Part shown: positions 1 to 12,148 of the stretch, in pieces
How positions within the stretch are numbered: position 1 is the first letter of the stretch
Layout of the letters: every line of letters starts with the position of its first letter
From: Vitrella brassicaformis CCMP3155
Taxonomy: Eukaryota > Protista > Chromerida
NCBI GenBank assembly: GCA_001179505.1
Contig: CDMY01000688.1
Coordinates: forward strand, 231,376-295,375
Direction of reading: 5' to 3'
DNA: 64,000 bases
Position numbers and translations under genes: made by a program
Notes under the pieces: model-generated
The model's database searches: none
What the model saw: the letters and a program-made list of their open reading frames with translations, nothing else
Told to the model about the DNA's origin: nothing

Positions 1-3000
1 TCTTCGAACGGGGCCCTGGCGGCGTGAGTCCGCCCTCCCAGGGATTCCTCAAGCAGACTATCCAGAGGGAATCGGAATCGCTCATCAGAATGATATCAGA
101 GGTGCGCATCGCATTCAAGGATGGGCGAAGGGGGAGAAACTGATGTGATGTCGTGCGTTGTGGATGGGATTCAGCTGGAGGGTCGTATAGGTGTAGTAGC
201 GGAGCGGCAGCGGGCCGACCTCGAGCAGGCCCTGCACCGACTCACCATCCGCATCGAACGCATCACACAACGGCTGGACAAGTATACAAGGCATCAACAC
301 ACAAATGCGTCAATGTCAGCTGAGTGTGGACGTCTGTTTGCCCTGGGTCGTCAGGTTGTCACGTGACGGTGAGGACCGCCATGCCGCCCAGTCCTCCGAG
401 ACCGTCAAGAGCATGCAGACTCTCGACTCGCGCATACGGGCACTGGAAACCTCACAGGTGGCCACTCTGTCACAGAAAAAAAAGAAAAAGAACGGGGGCC
501 ACCAGCCTCTCGGGTCCGTCTCGGTGTTTGGTTCAGGGTGCGCTTCGTCGGTCGTTCTCTCAGCTGACATTTGGTGGTGGGAGTGCCAGCGGCAGCGGTG
601 AGGGTCTGGGCGGCAGGGCCGCCACACGCCAGTTGGTCAAAGGGGTCCCCAGCTCATCTGCTCAGGAAGGAACGGTCGCGCACGGGGCGCAGAGGGAGGG
701 TGCTACCACACCAGCACCAGCACCAGCTGCTGCAGCTGCTGGTGCGGCTCCTGCTCTGGTGGTTGCTGCCGAGGAGGTGTCGAGTGCCGATGCGATCGCT
801 ACACTCGAGCGCAAAGTCAACGGTGAGAGGGAGGGGAGGGCACCATACAATACATACATGCTGACAGAATGGTGCATGGGATGTCATGTGTGTGCAGAGG
901 TTGACGAGAGGGTTCAGCACCGTGTGATGCCACTGATCCAGGAGCTCTACAATCGTCTGGTGGCCCTTGAGAGCGATCGCAGCAAGGAGATGCGGGAGCC
1001 ATCGCAGCTTCAACACCGATTCAACGAAGAGATCGCACGACTGAGGGTGAGTGTGTCGATGGCGCAAGCAAGACAAAGCCGCAGTGGGTGGGGTAGGAGT
1101 ATTGTGTGTGTGTTCAGGATGAGATGGATGCCGAGCGCGAGAGGAACGCCGAACAGATTAATCGCCTGACACAGCAGGTGATTGCATCGACACACCACCA
1201 TCCATCCATCCATCCGTCCACGTCGTCTCTCTGTGTCGTCAGATGGAGGCCATGCAGCTCTCCCTGCTGCAGCAGGGCATTCACGTGGACATCCCCGCCG
1301 AGCAGCAGCCAAGCGAGGAAGCACCATCCTCTACGGCCATGGCAGGGCAGCCCCCGACAGCCATGGCAAGACCTCCCTCGGCTACCGCTGTCCCGACGGT
1401 CGCTGCTGCCGCTCGTCCTTGCGGCGACCTGGAGGGCCGCGTGAGGGAGCTAGTACAGGAGTATCTCGACAACCTGCAGCAGAAGGAAGAAACGATGCTG
1501 CAGGAGGGAGAGGGCATCGTCGAGGGTGTTCCTGGCGAGGGCGAGGGAGCATTCCCTTCTCAGGAGGGAGGAGCAGTGGGGCATCCCCATGAGGCAGAGC
1601 CTGTCATGCCCTCTCGCGTGCCGGATGAGAGTGCCGCGGCAGTGCCGTCTCGCGATGGACGGCCGGTGCCACGAGCCGAGGGCGCTCCTGGCGCCGCCTC
1701 GACCCCTTCTGCGCCTCCTGTCGGCGCTGCTGGTGCGGCCCCCTCTGGTCGTCCTGGTGGTGCCCGTCGATGGCGTGCCACGATGCCGCGTCAGCAGATC
1801 GTAGAGCTGAGATCGGCAGTAGACTCTTTGGCGGACCAACTCAGCAGGTATGGACCAATGGGAAGAAAGACACATTCTGAAAAGCCAGACGATTGATTGG
1901 GTGCGGTGTTTGTTCCATGCTGCAGCGTGAGGGTGGCAGAGAAGGTCGAGGCCAGCTGGGGCAATGAGCTGGCAGGTACTGTCACGCACTCAGCACAAGA
2001 GGCGAAGTGCTGGCGTACACACATGTCCGTGTGTGTGTGTGTGTGTGTGCAGGTCGGCTTGAGGGTCTGAGCACCGCCGTCCGCGACACGCTCGAGACCG
2101 TCCGCATGTCCCAGCACTACCAGACCGACAGCCACCAGAAGATCCGCGAGACCGTCGAGGCCTTCCACGCCAACCTACAGCCATACTTCGCACAGCAGCA
2201 GGACCTCGCTACCCAGATCGACGAACACTCACAGCAGCGGGCCGAGCTGGCCGAGTCCTTCGGTCGCATGGAAGACGCCATCGAGACGGCGGCGAGCACC
2301 GTGGACGGGCTAGAGGGCCGCATCGACAGCCAGCAGGTTGCCATCGAGAGTATTGTGGAGGAGGTGGAGAGCAGCGGCAGTGCTTTCCAGCACACAGCCT
2401 CTCAGATGTCGGAGCAGCTGACGGCTCGCGTGTCTGCTGTCGAGGCCAAGGTGGATCAGGCGCACGAGCAGACCAGCCAGACCCTAGCCGTGGTGCAGGA
2501 GGACCTGCAGCTGCGCGAGGAGGCCCTCCGCCACGACCTCGAGACCAAGATGACTGCGGAGCTCGAGAGCCTCCACGTCAGCATCGACCGTGACCGTGAG
2601 CGGCACATAGAGGTCGGCAACGCGCTGGACAAGAGCCGAGAAGAAACCGGCCAGCTCAAGGAGCAGCTCACCGGCCTGCAGCAGTCGTTCGACAGCGAGG
2701 CCGGCGAGCTCCGCTCTTGCTTCGCCCGCATGCAGCAGACCGTCTCGGACACATTCAAGTCCAAGATAGAGGAGAACGGCCGGCTGGTCGGGCGGCAGGT
2801 GGAGGCCATCCAGGCAACCACCGAGCGGCGCGTCACCGCGGAGACCGAAGCCATGGAGCGCAAAGTGCGTGACGGGGTCCGGGCGGAGGCCGACCAGCAG
2901 CAGCAGGCGGTCTCCCAGGCCATCGAGCGGCTCGACGCCCGAGTGGAGGAGACCGTCCGGGGCCGCTTCGCCATCGACCAGAGCCTCAAGAAGTTCCAGC

Positions 3001-5768
3001 GCGCCCACTCGGATGAGCTGCAACGGACCATCCAGCGCATCGAGTCCATCGAGCAGGGCCAGGAGCAGACAAAACGCGGCCTCACACGCGCACTGTCGAT
3101 GCCAACCGAGAAGGTCATGGAGGCGCATGAGGAGCTGAGGGGCGAGGTCCAGCGTGTGGCGCAGCTGGTGCGCAAGTCGACGCAGGAGGCCGACGAGAGG
3201 GTGGGCAAGGTGGCGCAGGACGTCATGGGTCACGACCGTGAGTGCGCTGAGCTGTCGGCCAAGCTTGAGCAGCTGGAGCGGCAGGTGCGGGAGGCCATCA
3301 TGGGTCAGCCGCAGATGAAGGCCGTCTCGGCCAAGGCCGCCGCGGGCGAGAAGGCACTGCAGGTGGTCGAGACGCTGCAGAAACAATACAAAGGTGAGAG
3401 AACCCACCATCCTACGTATGAGGTGTGACGACCCACGTGCGTCTTGTGTGCGTTCGTGTGGCTTAGGTATGGGTGCTGAGATGGACAAGGTGCGTGAGTT
3501 GCAGCGGTCGGTGAAGCTCCACGACGCCCAGCTGGCGGCCCTGGAGAAGATCGAGACTGAGGGCACGCCGGGCGAGAAGGAAATCGCCACAAAAGTGGAG
3601 CACCTCGAGGGCGAGATACGCAACCAACGACGGGTCAGGCAAAACTGCACCCTCACAACAGGCACATGGCAAGCTAGGTGTGTGTTGGTTTGCAGGCGTC
3701 TGAGGCCCAGGTTGACGAGCTGAAAGCCCAGCTGACGCTGGAGACCAAGAACATCAAGGTGAAAGGACGACAAAGAATGTGGTCCGTCCAAGCGTCACTG
3801 CCTCTCCTGCTCTGTTCAGGCGTCTCATGAGAAGGTCATGACGCATCTGAGGGAGGGGGAGAACTGGATGGCCACTCTCAAGGGCCACATTGATGACACA
3901 CACTCTCGTGTGCGGTCGGTGGAATCGGCCCACTTGCCCACCATTACACAGCGGCTGGACCGCCAGCAGACATCCTCGGAGGAGGTCGCGTCACAACACG
4001 ACGTGAGCGAGATAGAAGGAAAGAAAAGGCCAGGAGATACATTGGCAACAGATGACATGTGCATTCTCTCGATCAGGAGTTACGAGAGACGGTCAGGCGT
4101 TTGTCCGACCAGGTAGAGGAGCTCTCGAAGCGACCAGCCGGCCCCTCTGACGCCAACGACTCGCTCACACGCCGCCCAGCTGAGGCCAGGCACACACACC
4201 AACCCAAGACAGCCAAGGCGTCCCAGAGAAGAGCCCTCGAGGCCTCTCCCCGACCCACTGGCAGCCCACCCACCGCCCCCATTGGTCGATCTGTGTCGGG
4301 GCGAGGTCCATCGGGGCTGCCGGAGGCCCTGCAGCGAGTCGCATCCCTCGAGGAGTTCAGACACCAGACACACAAGGATGTACAGGTGCGCGGCAGATGA
4401 GTGCTTGCGTGATTTGGTATCTGTTGGTCGCATCTGTCTCGCCTTACCTTGTCCTTTAGAACGTGAGTCGTCATGTGGAGCAGCTGCGGGACAAGCTGGA
4501 GGCACGCACAAACCGACTGCAGGTGACGGACGTACCTGTGAATTGAGGAAGACCACACCACCAAATGCATACATGTGCATGCTGTGTGTGTCTATGCAGG
4601 AGGAGCAGCGGCGGCTCGGTGACAAGCTGGTGCGTCAGGATGGCGCCCTGCGGGCGATGGAGCAGCGAGTCGATGACGCCATGCAGACACACGAGGGGTC
4701 GGCACGCCACAACTTCACGCGCCTCAGCGGCATCATCCGCACCCTCGTCGCGTCATGCGAGAGCAATGCCGAGCAGACAGAGGTGCGCGTGGGTGTGGGC
4801 TGGAAACGGGAGGGTCCTTGTCGACTGTGTCAATGTTTTCCGTGTTGGTGTATGCAGAGTGTGAGGCGCCGCGTTGAGGAGCTGGATATGACGGTAGATC
4901 AAAGCGTGTCACTGGTCAAAGAACGCGTTCAGGTGAGTGATGCATCCCTGCACAACGACAGTGTGCACCTTGATCCCATCCATTTCCCTCTCTCTCTCTC
5001 TGTTTCCTCGCCCACCTGTGTGCAGCATGCAGAGCGTAGTGTGAGCGAGCAAGGCGGATGCTACAAACAAGAGATACACCAAATGGCAGCTGGTAAGCAA
5101 GACAACGATCGTGGGACCCTGAGGCGTGTCATACAAAAGCGTCTGTCTGTGTCCTCAGGGATGGGTCAGACCCGTGCTGACGTAGAGCTGCTCAAGGCCA
5201 GGAATCAGGAGCTGCTGCAGTCCATCGACCAGCTGCGGGGAGACGTCAACCACATTGGCGAGCATCTGGCGCGGACCGTGACCTCAGACACACGACCGAG
5301 ACACACATTCACGTAAAGAGAGAGAGAGCAGCACGCCCAACACACCCATACCTCCCCCATTCATGTGTGTGGATGTCCCCTGGCAGGCGTCATGTGCCTT
5401 TGGTAGAGGATGTGTGCACAAGTCGGACCAGCCGCCTGAACACCATCGAAGAGGTAACCACCAACACCGACACCACACCGCCCTGCACCTCAGTGAACAT
5501 CGCCACCTTGCGCACATGTCGATTTCTCCAGGCGTCATTCGCCACCCCCCGTTGCGCATCCACCGTCCCTCCCTGCGTCCGCAACGCTCTCGCCACCATG
5601 CCGCCCTGCCCCAATGCATCGTCGCCCTCAATGCCACCACTGCTGACTGCCCGCACCCACCGGCCCGAGAGCATGCCGCCGGGCAGTGGGTCGCTGACCC
5701 ATCGGGCGAGAGGGGGAACTGGCGAGGGTGCGACGGTGCTGAGGCCGCCACGGCTAGGGAGGAAGTGA
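1..5768 (+). CDS. Long multi-exon coiled-coil protein, 5' end outside the window
   Basis: GT-AG intron 102-174, then many exons. The large exon ~2053-3393 encodes E/Q/R/A/L heptad-rich sequence (LEGLSTAVRDTLETVRM...LEQLERQVREA). The last exon ends at TGA 5766-5768. No enzymatic motif seen. Confidence 0.75.
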
Positions 5769-6667
5769 GGCCCGGGGCAAGTGCTCCACATCACTTCCTT
5801 CGAAGTGATGCCTTGTGTTGACTATGGTCAACACAAGGCAGCATTTGCTGTTACCTGTGACAATGCTGCCCGGCATTTGTAAAGTGGGGGGCTGTGTGGC
5901 GTGAGGGTGTGAGATTGATGTGCATGGACTAGGGGTGACGTGTTTGCATGGTTGTTCCTCGTGTCAATAGCCTTTTCTCTAGCAAGCGCAGCAACACGGC
6001 ACTGACGGCAGGGCCACTTTCTGAGTATCCACTTCCTTCCCATGCAGGTCAGTCGTATCGTTGGCAGCACTTTCACTTTTCGAGGCGGCCGGCTTATCGA
6101 TAGGCATGCATCAGTGTCACATGTCAAAGTGTGCGTGGGTGCGTATTCACCTCCATTCAGATCCAGAGCGAATCATCCATCATCACACCGCAAGATTGAT
6201 AGAAAGGTGAACAATCCGAAGGCACGGCTGCCCATGCACTCATTACTGCTTCTCTCTCTGTCCGCCTTTTTGCATCCTCGCGTTGGAGGCGGAAACATCC
6301 GGCCACTGCCGCCATTGTCAAGAATCAGCACCCAGGGGCTCTCTCAGGCCACGGCCCTGGGGCAATGCATAATGATCGTGCATGACTCGTTGTCGACGGC
6401 CAATTGTGGAGGAATCAGCACACAGCCGAGCTCCGACTTTGTTTGTTTCATTGCAGAGAGGAGAGAGTGGGGGTACTGAAGCGGTGAATCGCCAAGAAGC
6501 GAACGGAGACGGCAAATGGAAACTGTTGCTTTTGTCTGTTATTCCCTGCTCTTCTATCAGCGTGTGTTCTCTCTCTCGTCCCCTGTTGTCTCAACGCGAT
6601 GCCTGCACGTGGGAAACCGCTAGTGGCGAGATTTTCGCGAGCCGAGACGGAGACAAAATGATTTACG

Positions 6668-6675
6668 AGCTCGCA
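6668..6675 (-). promoter_or_regulatory. TGCGAGCT motif ~140 bp upstream of ATG 6815
   Basis: AGCTCGCA on + strand; the same motif occurs in the divergent spacers further along. Confidence 0.4.
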
Positions 6676-6814
6676 GTCACTTTTCACATTTTCCGTCCGC
6701 GTTCGGCTTTCCAGCCTTGTTTCGGCCACATCTCCTCCGGTTCTCTTTCCTTTCGGCTGGTTGTTGGCTTGTGTTGTCCGCTGCGTCCTCCTCTACTCCT
6801 CCCAACTCGTCAGA

Positions 6815-7397
6815 ATGTCGTCCGCCACTTCTTTCTTCGACCACCGTACCCCGGGAGAGGCCTCGTTTGGTGGTGCCCTGCCTCCTGTGGAGCGGCTGGC
6901 GTCTCCCTGGCGCCTGCCGAGTGCGCACGCCCCTTCTTTTCGCCCAAACCGACCTCCAGCAGGTGAGTACATATGCGTGTGGCCTCGCGCGTCATCTCTG
7001 TTGGGTGCGGTGATGGTGTGGTGTGTGGATGATTTGTAGGGATGAATACGTGGTGCATTTCGTTGCCATGGGTGTGCTCAGATGCCCTCTGTTGCCGTGT
7101 TTGTGCGTGCAGATGAACTGGCGGCTTTTTCTTTTTATACCCGTCTCTTTTTCTCGACGCATTTCTCTTTAGGTGGGTGAGGTGGGTGACTGCCTCATTG
7201 AGTTTGGTGTTGACGCGCACGTCAGAGTCCCTGTCTGCTGCTTTCCAGATATGCGTTTCCTTTGGCCCGACGAAAAGAAAACCGAGAAAAAAAGACAGAT
7301 TTTAAGCATTTTTCTAATCAATCTTTCTGTCTTGCAGCAGGCCGGGAAGCTTCACTTCGATGACAACAACCTGCCCATGGAGGAGACATGCGCATGA
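6815..7397 (+). CDS. Short hypothetical spliced gene or first exons (MSSATSFFDHRTPGEASF...)
   Basis: ATG 6815, exon ends at a canonical AG|GTGAGT donor (~6962), and further small exons are plausible up to TGA 7395-7397. No homology recognised. Confidence 0.35.
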
Positions 7398-7399
7398 AA

Positions 7400-8140
7400 C
7401 ACAATGCCTTGGTACCTCGCTCCAGAAATTTTCTTGGCTCGGCCACAAGGCCACGCAGCAAGACGGTACACATTGACCGAAAAACGCGCCAGCCATCACG
7501 CCACCTTTGATGCGGTGTGGTGTGTGTGCGTTGTGGATGGGTGAGTGCAGGTCTGAAGGACGACATCGACACGACATTCGGCGGGCCCACCAAGCCATAC
7601 CTCGCTCCAGAGGTTGTCTTGGGTGTGCCGTACGACAAGAGAATCGACCTCTCAAGCCTGGGACAGCTTGTGGCCAACCACCCCCCACCAGCCACTTACA
7701 AGAAAGGGGTTCCGGGACTTGGAAAGCAGCGGGGAAGGACACAAAGGGCGGTGTGCTGTGTCTCGACAAGATCGACGAAGTCTACACGCAGCAAGACGGT
7801 ACACATTAACCGGAACACGGAACACACGCCATCACGCCACCTTTGATGCCCTGTGGTGTGTGTGCGTTGTGGATCGGTGAGTGCAGGTCTGAAGCACTAC
7901 ATCGACTGGACCAAGCCATACCTCGCTCCAGAGGTTGTCTTGGCTGTTCCGTACGAGTCAATCGACCTCCTAAGCCTGGGACGCCTTGTCGCCGGTCTGC
8001 TGTTGAAGAAGCCCAAGCACCACCCACCAGCTACCTTTAAGAAGGGGGTTCCAGGACTTGGCAAGCAGCGGGAAAGGACACAAAGGGCCAAGGAGGCCCG
8101 ACTGCGACGACAGGCAAGAAAACAATTGGATCACTCATAG
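7400..8140 (+). pseudogene. Three tandem remnants of protein kinase subdomains VIII-IX (CMGC/DYRK-like)
   Basis: WYLAPEIFL (~7405), TKPYLAPEVVLGVPYDKRIDLSSLG (~7590) and TKPYLAPEVVLAVPYESIDLLSLG (~7910). No ATP-binding loop, HRD or DFG found nearby. Confidence 0.6.
7453..8085 (+). repeat. Tandem duplication, ~333 bp period (7453-7750 vs 7786-8085)
   Basis: Both copies share ACGCAGCAAGACGGTACACATT...GGTGAGTGCAGGTCTGAAG, CCAAGCCATACCTCGCTCCAGAGGTTGTCTTGG and GGGGTTCC.GGACTTGG.AAGCAGCGGG.AAGGACACAAAGGGC. Confidence 0.9.
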
Positions 8141-8305
8141 CACAGATTCTCATGAGATGTGTGTGTGTGTCTGTCCGCTCGCCCTGCAGGCCTGCCTCGA
8201 CACAGCTCGGCCATCAGGGGATGTTGGCAAGTATGGTAAGGATGGGAAGGCATATATGTGGACTGTCTTCATCGCTCTGTGTGTCTGTGTCTCAAGGTTG
8301 AGGGT

Positions 8306-8382
8306 CGTGTGTTACGGCCGTTCAAGACAGGGCGACTTCGCCCATGGCTGCCTACATTTTATATCCACAGTCCCATTCTTCA
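8306..8382 (+). repeat. Dispersed repeat copy (partner 11413-11489) with a GC hairpin and TACATTTTATATCC core
   Basis: CGTGTGTTACGGCCG.TCAAGACAGGGCGACTTCGCCCATGGCTGCCTACATTTTATATCCA is near-identical in both copies. Confidence 0.9.
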
Positions 8383-8763
8383 GTCGTCTATTGCTGCTGT
8401 TGTCGTGTGCTGTGGTCGCAAGTCATATCGTGCTCTTGAGACAAGGCGGCGTAGGTCAAGGCACTGGCCATTCCGGCACTTCTCGCTCGTAAGAATGGAT
8501 TGAAGGGAAATGTCAGCCAGCCTGTGTGTCTCTGCGTGTCATGGTTTAGAGACGCCCTGGCTTCCTCTTCTGGCGGCGGCGACGGCGACACCCTCAAGCC
8601 CATCGCCGACGACGACAGCCTCAACAAATTACCGGGAAAGCCGAGAGGCAGCGAAGCAGGGAAATCGGGTGAAAGGGGCACGATGAGGTGCATACTACAT
8701 GAGAGAAGGCATCCAAACATCCCTCTTTCGCGGTCCGTGTTGGTTTCAGGGCAATCGGCCCAC

Positions 8764-8772
8764 AAGCTCGCA
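8764..8772 (-). promoter_or_regulatory. TGCGAGCTT motif upstream of the Vitrella-family fragment
   Basis: AAGCTCGCA on + strand within a pyrimidine-rich non-coding stretch. Confidence 0.3.
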
Positions 8773-8961
8773 CGAGGTGGAGCTGGTTTCTCTTTCTCTT
8801 TCCCCACGTTGTTCTCGCGCTCCGTAGAGTTAGACTAAGTTATTCTCACCATGAATAACGCAGCCCACGACTTGGCCCACCGCCAGGCCACCTCCTCCGC
8901 ACGGTTCGGCGACTCGCCTTACGACACACTCTGATGCAGCACACACTCTGCCGGCCCTCAT

Positions 8962-9720
8962 GTGTGTGCGTGGTGTGGGCAGGTCGCTCTTGAGTTCACG
9001 GGCAACGTGCTGCCGCGCCACGGCTTTGTGTGCCACCGGGCACTGGAGACCGTGGAGGGCGCGACGACCGTGGAGGTGGTGGACCAGGATGATTGGGAGC
9101 CCGACCCAGATGACGCCGAACAGCCCGACCCGCTGGTGTTCGAGCACTTGCCCCCCAACGCATTCTCCGCCGCTACACTCCTGTGGATTCACACCATCAA
9201 TGGGCTCGCGATTGCCCGAAGGCTGGTGACCAAGATGCCCGCCGTCAAACGCATTGACCTCTCCCAGCCCTACCCGACAGAGGAGGACGCGGTGGGGGTG
9301 CTGCAGGCGGTGGGCGGCGAGAGGGAACTGGAGCGTTTCGAGGCCAAGTGGGTGAAGGGTGTGGGCGAGGGGGGGCTGACGTGGGGCGACATAGCGGACC
9401 AGCTGCCGACCATCTCAAAAGTGGATGTTACTGTAGAAGGTGAGCTGCGAACAATTACCTCCTCAGCTTACCGGCTTATTCATTCGGTGCTGTGCTGTCT
9501 GTGTGTCTGTCTGTCTGTCTGTCTGTGTGTGCAGTGCCTGACGATTTGGGTGATGGCGATGCCGCCGGTGAGTTCGGCATCGCCTGCGTCACCGAGGGAT
9601 CAAGGAGCTCTCCTTCCGGCCGTGGCCCGGCGACGCCTTCAAGCGGCTGGTGGATGAGCGGACGCATGGCGACGCCATCGAGGGGCTGGACGGGCGATAT
9701 GACATTAGCTGGGGGGGATA
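8962..9720 (+). pseudogene. Fragment of an expanded Vitrella-type lineage-specific family, frameshifted
   Basis: VFEHLPPNAF...KRIDLSQPYPTEEDAVGVLQAVGGERELE...GGLTWGDIADQLPTI. Second exon VPDDLGDGDAAGEFGIACVTEG continues as IKELSFRPW only if one G is added at GGG 9596-9598. Family assignment is from memory. Confidence 0.5.
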
Positions 9721-9799
9721 TTTGGGACAACATGCGAAACGGCCTCCCTCCTTGATGTGTGTATCTGTGTCATATATGGGCTTCTCGTGTGTCTGGCAG

Positions 9800-10144
9800 G
9801 GCGATCGCCTTGTTCCACGAGAGGGTCTACGTGATGAGCCAGGAGCTGATGCGCGCCGCCAAGATGTACAACCACGTAACACCCAGAGACATACTGGTCT
9901 TCATCAAACACTTCCTTGGTACGTTTCTCGCGCCACTCAAACGACACACATACACCATGGCTAGGTGGCTGTGCGATTTGCTGTGTGTGGTATGTGGTGT
10001 GTGGCAACAAATCAGGTTTGGTGAGGGAGAAGCGGGAGCTGACCAAGTTCAAGGACACGGAAGAGCAAGTGGACGAGATGCTGGTCTGGCTGGCCGAGAA
10101 GGACAAGGACCTCGCGGTCCTTGCCGCCAAGAAACGACGCACGG
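9800..10144 (+). pseudogene. Cytoplasmic dynein heavy chain fragment (end of AAA4 into stalk coil 1), two exons, internal deletion
   Basis: AIALFHERVYVMSQELMRAAKMYNHVTPRDILVFIKHFL|GLVREKRELTKFKDTEEQVDEM aligns with the dynein-1 TPRHYLDFINHY...EKR...LRKIKETVDQVEEL motif, missing ~12 aa. Intron 9919-10015 is retained. Confidence 0.8.
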
Positions 10145-10203
10145 GTGTGTTTTTGTTTCCTTTTCCGTTAGCTTAGCATTTCCATCATCGCATCGTCTTA
10201 ACC

Positions 10204-11260
10204 ATGAATACCGCCAACCCCCACTTCCACGGAAGCCGCCAGCCTGCCGCTGTTGTAACCGCCAAGACCTCGTCATCCCCTGCCCTGACCCTCAAGCCCA
10301 TCTCAGACGAGGGCAGGGACGCCCAGAAGGCCAAGGACGCCCAGCCGCCCACGCCCACGGCCAACGGCAGCGATGCGACGGCGGACGGGGGGCTACATGT
10401 ACATGATGGAGAGGGCGGGGGAGGGACTGGTGATGTGGCGGTGTCGCGGATGGATAGCTCTGCGTTCAAGGCGCTGTGTGGCAGGGCCGGCGAGACCAAG
10501 AAGAGGGGCGACATCAACTGGCAGCTTAACAGGACTCGGTAGGCAAGGCGGACAGCGCAGAGCAGACCCCGACACGTATACATATACATGTATGTTATGT
10601 GTGTATGCATGCATGTATGTCCTGCATGTGTGTCCTGTTGTCTTGTCTGTCCCTGCCTGCGTGTGTCAGCATTGCGGTGGCCGAGTGGGAGGCGGCCTTG
10701 AAGCTGCTAGAGTCCCTGCCCTGCGCGTCGCTGCCGGCCCCCAAGGACACTGACGAGAGATTCTGTGCGAGGTGAGGTCACCGACCGACCAACCGACCGA
10801 CCGACCGACAGGCCACACGCACATCTATCTGTCTTGTGTTGTGTGTGTGTATTGGGTGTTTGGTCAGTTGTTGGCGGGCGACGCCGATGCGGCCCAGGAG
10901 GACACCAGCAAGGAGGACGAGGCCACCCCCGAGCCCCTTGCCACCGAGCCCCCCGCCCCCGAGCAGGCAGCGGCCACCGCCCCGAAGAAACAGAAGAAGA
11001 AGAAGAAGAAGAGCACCAACAAGAACAAGAACAAGGACAAGGCGCCAAAGGAGGCGGCGGGGGAGACTCTGCCATCCGAGGCCCCCTCTCTTGTCCCCGC
11101 CAAGACGCCGTCATCCCCTGCCCTGACCGTCTTCAAGCCGCCCATCCTTCCAGAGGAGGCCAAGGACGCCCAGAAGGGCAAGAAGAAGCCGCCCACGCCC
11201 ACGGCCAACGGCACCGAGACCGCCCTCGAGGGAGCGGCCACCGGCAACAAGAAGAAGATG
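10204..11260 (+). other. Two paralogous low-complexity K/P/A-rich coding segments
   Basis: AKTSSSPALTLKPISDEGRDAQKAKDAQPPTPTANG (~10260) vs AKTPSSPALTVFKPPILPEEAKDAQKGKKKPPTPTANG (~11100). A TLKPIADD relative lies at ~8590. Confidence 0.55.
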
Positions 11261-11361
11261 GCATTGGTGCCTACATTTTATATCCAGACGAGATTTTATC
11301 TCATACCCAGAGGTATCCGCAGGTCTGCATCTTTGGATTCATGTGTATACAGCATGAATAT
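11257..11361 (+). repeat. Dispersed repeat copy (partner 14275-14403) containing TACATTTTATATCCAGACGAGATTTTATCTCA
   Basis: Near-identical to 14275-14403 but lacks the 24-nt TGTGACGAAGCTGCGGTCTGTCGA segment. Confidence 0.9.
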
Positions 11362-11686
11362 ATGCCTCCTTCTTGGGTGTCGTATGTGTGAGGCTGCCCA
11401 GGAAGGAGCCCGCGTGTGTTACGGCCGCTCAAGACAGGGCGACTTCGCCCATGGCTGCCTACATTTTATATCCATAGTTTCATTCTTCAATCGATTGCCC
11501 GTCGACTCATACATACAAGCGCTTCTACAAGAACATTTCCACAAAAGGTACACACTTTATCGCCACATCTAGCCAGCTAGATTTTGTGTGTCCCCATGTC
11601 TGTCTCCGCATTCGTTGTGCTTTAGGTCGGTATCAGCTTGATCGAATATATGGGGGGCCTGATCCAATGGTGCACTAGTTCGAGGG

Positions 11687-12148
11687 CCCGATGTGGACAA
11701 GAAGCGGTCCGAGATGCTGAGACTCACCGTACACGTCCTTATGCGCGTCGATGTGATTTGTGTGTGCCTTGGCTCCCTGTCTGTGGTGGTGGTGTGTCAG
11801 GCGAGTTCCGTGTCAAGATTAGCGAGTTGGACGACAGCCTAAAGATGGCGCTTGCCAACGGCAAGGGCAACAGCACCACCCTAGACGACCACTCCGTCAT
11901 GGCCATACTGGAGACGTCCTTCGCCGACACATCCTTCATGAAGAGCCTCCAGAGCGCCCTCCAATTCGGCACACAGCTCCTCGTCGAGGTAAGATGACCA
12001 AATAGCATCTCACACCCATCCCCCCCATCCATCCACACGTGTGTGTGTGTGTGTGTGTCCTGTCTGGCAGGATGTTGAGCGTGTGGATCCCATACTGCTG
12101 AACCCGGTGCTGACCCGCAAGCAGGGCGGGCGTGTGCTCCTCGTCCAG
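11687..12148 (+). pseudogene. Cytoplasmic dynein heavy chain fragments (strut/buttress piece fused upstream of an AAA5 piece)
   Basis: PDVDKKRSEMLRL|GEFRVKISELDDSLKMAL...LDDHSVMAILET matches dynein-1 [29 protein letters not shown]...LDDD. It is joined to TSFADTSFMKSLQSALQFGTQLLVE|DVERVDPILLNPVLTRKQGGRVLL, matching [38 protein letters not shown]...GGRVLI. Introns at 11729-11800 and 11989-12070. Confidence 0.85.

Noticed and set aside
2007-3428. SMC, myosin or methyl-accepting chemotaxis annotation of the coiled-coil gene
   Set aside because: Generic heptads only; no Walker motifs, motor domain or MCP hairpin signature.
6330-6361. CCCAGGG...CCCTGGG inverted repeat and a GAATCAGCAC direct repeat in the 5.8-6.8 kb gap
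   Set aside because: Too short to exceed chance in GC-rich DNA, and no supporting structure.
7453-8085. Repeat-spacer-like periodicity suggesting a CRISPR array
   Set aside because: Only two ~330-bp units, containing splice sites and kinase codons; eukaryotic context; no cas genes.
9800-12148. A functional dynein heavy-chain gene
   Set aside because: Only ~220 aa of a >4000-aa protein, out of order, with a deletion and an exon phase mismatch.
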